Position numbers and translations under genes: made by a program
Source of the DNA: Bacteroidales bacterium
Lineage (GTDB): Bacteria; Bacteroidota; Bacteroidia; Bacteroidales; JACABE01
Assembly (NCBI GenBank): GCA_038204725.1
Contig: JBBRCQ010000003.1
Span: 11,287-75,286, forward strand
Direction: 5' to 3'
Length of the DNA stretch: 64,000 nt
Notes under the pieces: generated by a model
The model's database searches: none
What the model saw: only the letters and a program-made list of their open reading frames with translations
What the model was told of the DNA's origin: nothing
In this document: positions 49,011 through 56,828 of the stretch, one piece after another
How the letters are laid out: every line of letters begins with the position of its first letter
Numbering within the stretch: position 1 is the first letter of the stretch

Positions 49011-49040
49011 AAAGGGATAAAGTTGTAAAACTTATCCCTT
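49011..49040 (+). terminator. Rho-independent terminator after rplY
   Basis: aagggataa-agttgtaaaac-ttatccctt followed by a T-run. Confidence 0.65.
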
Positions 49041-49173
49041 TTTTTATTTCTTTTTTTTACCGTTAACTGATTTTTTTCAACCTTTAACTTAAATTTTGTA
49101 TACACTCTCTTTTTTTTTGAATTAATTTTGTAGCTATTAATTTAAATTCATTATTAATTAAAAGCAAACTAAA

Positions 49174-51078
49174 ATGAAAAAATTTATTTTTTTTATCGTA
49201 TTGCTTGTATTTAGCAATACGTTGGGTTTTGGTCAGCAATTAACTGTAAAGCCCTCAAAGTATCATCTAAATCAATATGATGAAGCTTTATCTCTCGATC
49301 AATATTTGAGTAAAAATATTGTTTCGAATACAAAAGCATCTATCTGGTATTCAAGCATGGCCAATGCCAGTGATTGGGTTGCAGCTAAATTACCCAGTCA
49401 AGCTGCAAACATTACAAATACATGGGAATGGAAAGCAGATACTGGATCTTTTTCTTTAAATTGGGATAATTATGTTGGTCCTTATATGGGTTCCACTACT
49501 CCTATGGCTGGTGTATTTTATTTTGAAGGGATCACCAATTTAATAACAGCTAATTATGGCATTTCAAATTCCGTTTTAACAAATGCACTCCCAATCAGCA
49601 CAATCGGTCATCCATCCGTGAATATAAAATTTTACCAGTTATACAAATCATTCAATGATGATTCTACATTATTAGAAGTAAGTACTGATAATTTGAACTG
49701 GCATAGCATTCAGGTAAATCCGAGAATACTTATTGGAGGTGCAAATAGTTATGCCATTGGATGGAAAGAATATAGTATTACGCAATGGGCGGGCAATCAG
49801 GCACAAGTTTGGATAAGATTCAGGTTTTTTGCACCCGCTTCCACTTCAAGTGGTCCTCAGTTTGGAGGTGGCTATGGTTGGGCTATTGATGATGTTGAAT
49901 TGTTTGACCCTGATAACCATAAAATTATAGTCGATAGAACTACATTGTATGACGGTTATACAAAGATACCTGTTGGTTTGGGAAGACCTTTGTATTATGA
50001 TGCTGATTTTAATAACATCGGAGGTATGACACAAACAAATGTCAGGTTACATGGTGTTGAAATAACCACAGGCGCTGATTCCACAAGCAGGGATACAACA
50101 CTGTTGCCTGGTGGCAGTGCAAAGGCTTGGGATTTGAATAATTTTTTTTTCACACCTGCTGCCATAGGGAATTATAAAGTATTTGCCTACATTTCAAGCG
50201 ATTCCATACCTTTTATGCTTGCACAGGACACCTTTGATATCAAGGTACATTGTGATACCTGTATTTATTCACGGGATAACAATACGTATGTAAGTTCAAG
50301 GGGAGCCGGTTCCACGGGTGTATTAAGTGATCCTTTTACTGCAGTCAGCAGATTTCTTGTAAATCAGGACAGAATGGCTTATGGTGTGAATGCTGTTGTG
50401 AATACAACTACCAAAGTCGGTTCCAAAATCAGAGCCGTACTCTATAAGTTTTTTGCTGCTTCCGGTACCCGGACTATTGTTGCGCAATCGGTTAATTATT
50501 TTATTACAGCCAACGACATTCCTGCTACAGCTCCAATGGTCAACCCTCCTTCGATTTCGCTGCCATTTATAACAGGATATACCATGCAAAAAGATACCAT
50601 TTACTGGGTGGGGATTCAGGTTTATGGAGGAACAGATACTGTAAGAATTGCTACAGATAATACAGGCATACCTCAATACGAACAAACTTCACTGTATTTT
50701 GATCCTTCCGCCAATACATGGTTTATATGGGGAAGCGGAAATGTACCTGCACTGATGATACGTACTGTTTTTAATCAATATCAAGGTTGGAGTGTCGGTA
50801 TTGATGAAAGGAAGCAAACAGAGATATTTTTAACCTGTATGCCAAATCCTGCCAGCAAATCCACACAAATATCGTATGCGCTCAAAAAGAGTGAGTCCAT
50901 ATCCATTAAAATTACGGATATTACAGGCAGAATCATTAAAACAATGAATCTGGGCATGCAATCTGTAGGCGATCACATGATTGAAGTAGACGTATCCGGA
51001 CTGGCAGTCGGGTCTTATTTCTATACATTAAAAACACCCACACTACAAGCCACTGAAAAACTGATCATTGTGAAATAA
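49174..51078 (+). CDS. T9SS cargo protein (choice-of-anchor-J/MAM-like N-domain plus Por_Secre_tail CTD)
   Basis: 634 aa with a signal peptide, 'GYGWAIDDVELF', and the C-terminal 'CMPNPASKSTQISY...GSYFYTLKT...LIIVK'. Confidence 0.8.
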   Translation: MKKFIFFIVLLVFSNTLGFGQQLTVKPSKYHLNQYDEALSLDQYLSKNIVSNTKASIWYSSMANASDWVAAKLPSQAANITNTWEWKADTGSFSLNWDNYVGPYMGSTTPMAGVFYFEGITNLITANYGISNSVLTNALPISTIGHPSVNIKFYQLYKSFNDDSTLLEVSTDNLNWHSIQVNPRILIGGANSYAIGWKEYSITQWAGNQAQVWIRFRFFAPASTSSGPQFGGGYGWAIDDVELFDPDNHKIIVDRTTLYDGYTKIPVGLGRPLYYDADFNNIGGMTQTNVRLHGVEITTGADSTSRDTTLLPGGSAKAWDLNNFFFTPAAIGNYKVFAYISSDSIPFMLAQDTFDIKVHCDTCIYSRDNNTYVSSRGAGSTGVLSDPFTAVSRFLVNQDRMAYGVNAVVNTTTKVGSKIRAVLYKFFAASGTRTIVAQSVNYFITANDIPATAPMVNPPSISLPFITGYTMQKDTIYWVGIQVYGGTDTVRIATDNTGIPQYEQTSLYFDPSANTWFIWGSGNVPALMIRTVFNQYQGWSVGIDERKQTEIFLTCMPNPASKSTQISYALKKSESISIKITDITGRIIKTMNLGMQSVGDHMIEVDVSGLAVGSYFYTLKTPTLQATEKLIIVK

Positions 51079-51100
51079 CAAAGATTGAGCTAAAAACTAT

Positions 51101-51133
51101 AAAAGGCCGGCATTTTGAATGTCCGGCCTTTTT
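51101..51133. terminator. Bidirectional terminator
   Basis: aaaaggccgg-cattttgaatgt-ccggcctttt. Confidence 0.75.
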
Positions 51134-51152
51134 AATATATAATTCAATAATA

Positions 51153-52328
51153 TTACATCAGTTTTTTATATACCTGCCACCAACGGTCAGGTACTTCATC
51201 GGCTAAAGCTGTCTGATAATCATTGTAGGAACACGGCACTAAATAATGACGTTCGTATTTAATTTTCATATCAATCGGACAGGGAACTTCCATCCACCAG
51301 CGATCGCTTTTTTTGCTTTTATAAAAAATAATTTCATGGGTGTTTTCTTTAATAGAAACATAGTATTTTTTATAGTTCTCTTTGTCTTTATATGGATAAT
51401 CGAATTTGCGATTGTAAAAACCATCAATAAAATACCATATCATCTGAGCTACCAGGTGAGAAGTTTGCCCGTTTTGATCAAAAGCAGGATTGCATTCGTA
51501 AAAGCCAATTGAAGTTAACTTGTCACTCATGCCTGCATAGCGCGAGATCTGACATAACTCCTCTCCGTTAAACCCATTGGGAGTGGCATTTGCATTTCCA
51601 GGAGCGTCTGACTGTCGAACTGCCGAAATATCGATACTGATCATATCTGCATTGCGAACCAAAGGCTCTACCTGTTCGATGTCTTTTCGGATAACTCCCA
51701 GTCGATAAGCATCAAAGTAAAGTTTCTCCATCAGCTCAATGGCTTCATGATCTACAAAATAGGTCTGATAGCCAACATTGGTATAATTAAACAAAAAATT
51801 AGGCTGATGTAAAATGATTTTGCTCAGATATGCCTGCGCATCTATTTCATCTTCGGCATCACCCAGATCAAAAGAATGATCAACAGTAAAGATGTTGATG
51901 ATCTGCCCTAACTTTTCGTAAGCCCTGTAATTGGCAAAACACAAATCCTGGCTGCCACCAATTATAACCGGAATGATTTCTTTTCTGATCAACGAAGCAA
52001 CTACTTCACTCAATGCGAAATAGGTATCTTCCACCGAATGCCCTTTTTTGATATTCCCAATATCCACAATATTATTTTTGGCTGTGGATGGAAACAATTG
52101 ATACAATTTCCTGCGAATTTCATCGGGTGCATTGGCACTTCCAAAATTATTCACCGATTTACGGTCTTCTTTCACACCGATGATGGCAATATCAATTCCT
52201 TCTAATTCAGGGAAGTTTTCTTGCTGCGTATAAGCAGGAATAATATGCCCTAAACGATGTCGTAAATCATGATAATCAATATCTTCATTTTTAAAACCAA
52301 CAGGTTCCAAATAAATTTTAATATCCAT
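51153..52328 (-). CDS. Arginase/formimidoylglutamase-fold protein with a C-terminal extension
   Basis: 391 aa. Ureohydrolase-like blocks 'VIIGGSQD', 'FTVDHSFDLGD' and 'ISIDISAVRQSDAPG'. Confidence 0.65.
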   Translation of the reverse strand: MDIKIYLEPVGFKNEDIDYHDLRHRLGHIIPAYTQQENFPELEGIDIAIIGVKEDRKSVNNFGSANAPDEIRRKLYQLFPSTAKNNIVDIGNIKKGHSVEDTYFALSEVVASLIRKEIIPVIIGGSQDLCFANYRAYEKLGQIINIFTVDHSFDLGDAEDEIDAQAYLSKIILHQPNFLFNYTNVGYQTYFVDHEAIELMEKLYFDAYRLGVIRKDIEQVEPLVRNADMISIDISAVRQSDAPGNANATPNGFNGEELCQISRYAGMSDKLTSIGFYECNPAFDQNGQTSHLVAQMIWYFIDGFYNRKFDYPYKDKENYKKYYVSIKENTHEIIFYKSKKSDRWWMEVPCPIDMKIKYERHYLVPCSYNDYQTALADEVPDRWWQVYKKLM

Positions 52329-52520
52329 AGTTGCTTTTTAAAATATTAGGTAAAAATAAAATTTTTATTCAAACTTTTTCTTCATTTTATGGATAATTTA
52401 TAAACAATATTTTAACAAGTTGATATACTGTGATATACCCGGTAATAAAAATGTTCTTTTGTTTTTATTCTCATATTTTTATTCTTTACATTTGCACTTT
52501 TATAAAACTTTAATAACAGT

Positions 52521-53822
52521 ATGATGAGGTATTTAAACAAATTAATGGTGTTTTTTATGCTTGTTTTTTCTTTTCAGATGACATCGGCACAATTTACAAT
52601 AAATGGAGAATTCCGTACAAAGACCCTTTTTATGGATGGCTATAAACAATTGTTAAGTAAATCGCAATACCCAAATGGTATAATTGTCCAACGCAGCCGG
52701 TTATTGTTTGATTATAAGAAAGACAATTTTACGTTTGCATTCTCGATACAAGATGTCAGGCAATGGGGACAAGATGCTTTTTCGGTTAATAATTCGAATA
52801 TGGGTATTTTTGAAGCCTGGGCTAAATATAATTATACTAATAAATTATCCATAAAATTAGGACGTCAACAAATAAAATACAACGATGAAAGATTGTTTAA
52901 TGCTTCCAATTGGACGGATCAGGGGGTTGTACACGATATTGCTGTATTTCAATACGATGATACAGTAAAAACGCTGAAAGCGGATATGGGTCTGGCCATG
53001 AATAATAATTCAGCTTTCACAATTTACTTAAGCGATTATACCGTAAAAAATTATAAATACCTGGCTTATTTATGGTTAAATAAAAAATTTATAGCTAACA
53101 AACTGGATGTTTCTTTAATGTCTATTATGGATGTGAATCAAAAATTATTACCTCCAAATGATTTGTATTCAAGATATACGATAGGGCCCCATATAGATTT
53201 TAAAACCGGAAAATTGAAAATAATAGGCACGTTTTATTATCAGGGTGGAAAACTTGCTGATGGAAAAACCGTGAAAGCCAATTTATATTCAGCAAAACTG
53301 AGCTATCAAATTTTCAAGGCATTAGAACTTGCAGTTGCTTATGACCATTATTCGGGTACTGATTTTAAGGATACTACTTTAGCCAAAACAAATTCCACAA
53401 CATTCGACAAAGTTTATGGAAGCGGACATACATTTTTAGGATATATGGATTATTTTTCGGGAAATGGATCAGATTTCACAAAAGGTGCAGGTGTTAATGA
53501 TTTATATGTAAGGGCAATCTGTAATTTTAATGAAAAACATTCAATAGAAGCCACCTATCATTTGTTTAATCTCGATAAAGGATATGTAAAGGTATCAGGA
53601 TCAGAAAGCATGAAAGTCGATAATTATCTTGGATCAGAAATCGACTTGATGTATACTTACAAATATAATAAAACAGTAAATCTAAGTTTGTGTTATTGCA
53701 CCATGCTCCCGGGCGAAACAATGCAATCACTTCATAACCTTAAAAAAGAAGATACCCGATTTGCACAGTTTGCTTTTTTGATGATAAGTCTTAAGCCTAA
53801 TTTTTTTACTTCAAAAGAATAA
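52521..53822 (+). CDS. Putative outer-membrane beta-barrel (porin-like)
   Basis: 433 aa with a signal peptide ending 'TSAQ', an alternating beta-strand pattern, and Y/F-rich strands. Confidence 0.5.
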   Translation: MMRYLNKLMVFFMLVFSFQMTSAQFTINGEFRTKTLFMDGYKQLLSKSQYPNGIIVQRSRLLFDYKKDNFTFAFSIQDVRQWGQDAFSVNNSNMGIFEAWAKYNYTNKLSIKLGRQQIKYNDERLFNASNWTDQGVVHDIAVFQYDDTVKTLKADMGLAMNNNSAFTIYLSDYTVKNYKYLAYLWLNKKFIANKLDVSLMSIMDVNQKLLPPNDLYSRYTIGPHIDFKTGKLKIIGTFYYQGGKLADGKTVKANLYSAKLSYQIFKALELAVAYDHYSGTDFKDTTLAKTNSTTFDKVYGSGHTFLGYMDYFSGNGSDFTKGAGVNDLYVRAICNFNEKHSIEATYHLFNLDKGYVKVSGSESMKVDNYLGSEIDLMYTYKYNKTVNLSLCYCTMLPGETMQSLHNLKKEDTRFAQFAFLMISLKPNFFTSKE

Positions 53823-54087
53823 GAGAGAAAAGGGAAAAGTTGGAAGTCGGAAGTGGTGATAAAAAAGTAGGAAGTCCAAATTAATAAAAAAGTTATTAGT
53901 GAATAGTTAGTATTTATCAGGAATTGATGTCATTAGTAATGGAGCGAAACGGTATGAGAAATCCTGGTAAAATCTATAATTGTTAATGTCCTACGGACAA
54001 AAGAAACATTTCATACTATTTTTCTATTGACATTTATGCCCTAACGGGCAAAAAAGAATAAAGATAATTCAACTCTTGATTCGCATT

Positions 54088-54157
54088 ATTAACCATTAAC
54101 TATTAACTATTAACCATTAACTATTAACCATTAACTATTAACCATTAACCATTAACC
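54088..54157 (+). repeat. Ten tandem ATTAACY heptamers ending 5 nt before an ATG
   Basis: Units are attaacc or attaact, x10 with no interruption. The 70-nt array contains no G. Confidence 0.92.
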
Positions 54158-54162
54158 AAATC

Positions 54163-54411
54163 ATGATAAATGCCAAAAAATTTGAACGTTTAAGCCAACA
54201 GGATAAACTGACCCTCATTTTTAATGAAGGAGAAGATCTTTATACTCGGCATAGCGAAGGTTTCATGGTTAAGCTGTATCAGCTCAATGATTTTTTTTGC
54301 GAAATATGGTATAGCTCTGAAGCCAATAAAATTTATACTATTGAACTGATTGATCTCTCAAAAATAGTTGGATTATATGATGTCAATATTGACGATTTGC
54401 TGAATAACTAG
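54163..54411 (+). CDS. Small hypothetical protein
   Basis: 82-aa ORF with balanced composition and an ATG directly after the heptamer leader. No family recognised. Confidence 0.4.
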   Translation: MINAKKFERLSQQDKLTLIFNEGEDLYTRHSEGFMVKLYQLNDFFCEIWYSSEANKIYTIELIDLSKIVGLYDVNIDDLLNN

Positions 54412-54431
54412 CAAGTACATTAGGACTTCTT

Positions 54432-55481
54432 TTAATTACACTTTTCAATTTTTTTAAAATCCTGCGTTTTAAAAAGTGGCTCCCAGTTTCCACCAGTCTT
54501 TGAAATAAAGCATGCGTAAAAAACACCGGATTTAGCATTGATAAAACATTTCATATACATTACTTCTTCCATGAACTCCAATCCGGGAACACCTGATTTG
54601 TCAGATTTTATGGTATAAGGCAATGAAATACTTACCACTTCATCTTCCTGTTTGTTGATGGTGTTGCTGATTTCTTCAGTGGATATCATGTTTATTTTTC
54701 CTGAATAAACTTTAACTACATCTGTTTTTTTTGTTTTAGGATCCAGTAGTTTTTCGTCCATCAGTAAAGTCATGTTTTTTAATTTTGAGCAATTTTCATC
54801 ATCCTGATCTTTGGCATAATCCATCATTGTATATTTTTTCTTATCGTAGTTCCTGATTTCTTTGATGTGGTTCTGGAGTATTTTCAATGATATCAGCAAG
54901 TCAGAAACATATATTTCTTGATGGGTGCGGTAATTGATATAGGGAAAGTACATGCTGTAGTCAATTTTTTTATTGAAATGTTCATCATAAGCTTCACAGT
55001 TTTCCATGCGGGAATAAATGATAGTAGGGATGGTTTTTTTTGTAAAGGTTTCTTTTCCATATTCATTGGTAACCCATAGTTTGGATTGAACAAACAGTAA
55101 CAATGTGTATTTATGGGGATTCAATTTCCTAAGTACCTGCGTTTCCGAAAATGTTTTATATTCAACTGTGGCTTCTTTGTTGAATTGCCAGTCTTTTGCA
55201 ATGGCTTCTTTTATTTGGCTGTTATATCCTGAAACAAAAGACCTGTAAGCGCTCAGTTCGTTCACCAGTTCACCTTTTCTTTTGGCATTGCTGGTGGATG
55301 CAATCTTTTTTTCAAGGTCTTCTATAAAAAAAGCATCTTCAGCTATGAGCTGTACAATCAGTGGACGACTGCAGATTTCTTTAAAATCCTCGGCTTTGGC
55401 ATTAACTACCTGTGCATTGGAAGTATTTCCGAATAATAGAATTGCTGCGGAAAACAATAAAAAATGTTTTAAATAAGCCAT
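54432..55481 (-). CDS. Hypothetical secreted protein
   Basis: 349 aa with the signal peptide 'LLFGNTSNAQ'. No recognised domain. Confidence 0.5.
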   Translation of the reverse strand: MAYLKHFLLFSAAILLFGNTSNAQVVNAKAEDFKEICSRPLIVQLIAEDAFFIEDLEKKIASTSNAKRKGELVNELSAYRSFVSGYNSQIKEAIAKDWQFNKEATVEYKTFSETQVLRKLNPHKYTLLLFVQSKLWVTNEYGKETFTKKTIPTIIYSRMENCEAYDEHFNKKIDYSMYFPYINYRTHQEIYVSDLLISLKILQNHIKEIRNYDKKKYTMMDYAKDQDDENCSKLKNMTLLMDEKLLDPKTKKTDVVKVYSGKINMISTEEISNTINKQEDEVVSISLPYTIKSDKSGVPGLEFMEEVMYMKCFINAKSGVFYACFISKTGGNWEPLFKTQDFKKIEKCN

Positions 55482-55586
55482 AGTGTTCAGATTTTTAAAT
55501 TAATGCTTCAAATCTACAGTTTTTTTTTCAATTACAGCTGTTTTATAGAGGAGATTGTTGATAAAAAATCATATTTTTACAAATTA

Positions 55587-55694
55587 TTGCCACAAAGACA
55601 CAAAGGCACAAAGTTATTCTATTACTTAAGAAAATATTGTAAAAATTTAATATTTGATTCTTAGCGGCTTAGTGCCTTTGTGCCTTTGTGGCAA
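55587..55694. repeat. 27-nt inverted repeat built of CACAAAGR octamers with an AT-rich ~54-nt loop
   Basis: 55587-55613 'ttgccacaaagacacaaaggcacaaag' against 55668-55694 'cttagtgcctttgtgcctttgtggcaa', with 2 mismatches. Confidence 0.8.
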
Positions 55695-55908
55695 AACATT
55701 TACCCAAATTTCAAATAAGGTAATAAGGTAGAAAGAGAGATATATTGTAATCCTGGCTACTAAGGTTAAAGATTAGAAATAAGGATATTTTATTAAAATT
55801 ATTTATCATTAAAAACACACCAAAAAGCAGAAGGCATATCGGTAATAAAACGAATTATTAATACCTTATTTCAAAATAAAAACCTTAGTAACAGCAAAAC
55901 ACGTAAAA

Positions 55909-56706
55909 ATGGTAAAAAAAATAAGGATAGGACTGCTGAATCTCATGCCAGAAGCAGAGAAATACGAAAAATATTTAATGGAAATGTTTGCTTTTCAGAC
56001 CATTCATGTTGAAACCGTATGGATCAAAGCAACACAGCATGCTTACAAATCCAGCGATAAAAAACAGCTGGAAAAAGTTTATGTCACTTTCGGACAAGCC
56101 ATTGAAAAGGAAAAGCTGGATGGTCTCATCATCACCGGTGCTCCGGTTGAAACCCTGCCTTTTGAAACCATCACTTACTGGAATGAATTGATTGGGATTT
56201 TGGATTATTCGCAACAACATATTATCAGCACTATGGGTATCTGCTGGGGTGGCATTGCTATCGGTAAATATCTGGGTATTGACAATAAACTATTGGACGA
56301 AAAATTATTCGGAGTTTTTTCGTCAGAATATTTACAAAAGGAACATTGGATTACTGATTCAAAACACACTGTATTTGATTGTCCTCAAAGCAGATATGCC
56401 TCTATGGATGAGAACGCACTTATAGCTACCGCCAAAAATGGGAATATCCGCTTACTTGTAAATTCTGAAGAAGCCGGTATTTATGTTTTTGAATCAGCCG
56501 ATGGGCGGTTTTTAGCTCATCTGGGGCATCCGGAATACGATACAGACAGAATTGTTTCGGAATACAAGAGAGATGCATTAAAAGGGTTGAATCACATACC
56601 GCTGCATTTTGATGTAAATCATCCAGTAAATACATGGCAGCAAAATGGGAAGGACTTTTTTGGAAAGTGGCTGGAGATGATATCTTTGAAAAAGAATTTG
56701 AAGTAA
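55909..56706 (+). CDS. metA: Homoserine O-acyltransferase (MetA-family), N-terminally short
   Basis: 265 aa with 'IGLLNLMP', 'GLIITGAPVE', 'GICWGG' (Cys nucleophile) and 'GHPEYD'. Confidence 0.7.
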   Translation: MVKKIRIGLLNLMPEAEKYEKYLMEMFAFQTIHVETVWIKATQHAYKSSDKKQLEKVYVTFGQAIEKEKLDGLIITGAPVETLPFETITYWNELIGILDYSQQHIISTMGICWGGIAIGKYLGIDNKLLDEKLFGVFSSEYLQKEHWITDSKHTVFDCPQSRYASMDENALIATAKNGNIRLLVNSEEAGIYVFESADGRFLAHLGHPEYDTDRIVSEYKRDALKGLNHIPLHFDVNHPVNTWQQNGKDFFGKWLEMISLKKNLK

Positions 56707-56828
56707 CCGATCGAAAAGTTCATTTTTTTGAGGATGAAAACGCTAAAATAGTTCTAAAACTATATTCAAATCATATTTTTAGATCTCTTTAAAAATATGT
56801 AATTTTGCTTTTTAAAATACAAACACTT

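Noticed and set aside
55482-55908. SAM-I riboswitch upstream of the metA-like gene
   Set aside because: The region is too AT-rich and lacks the G/C-rich SAM-I core helices. Only generic complementarities were found, and those are reported separately with low confidence.
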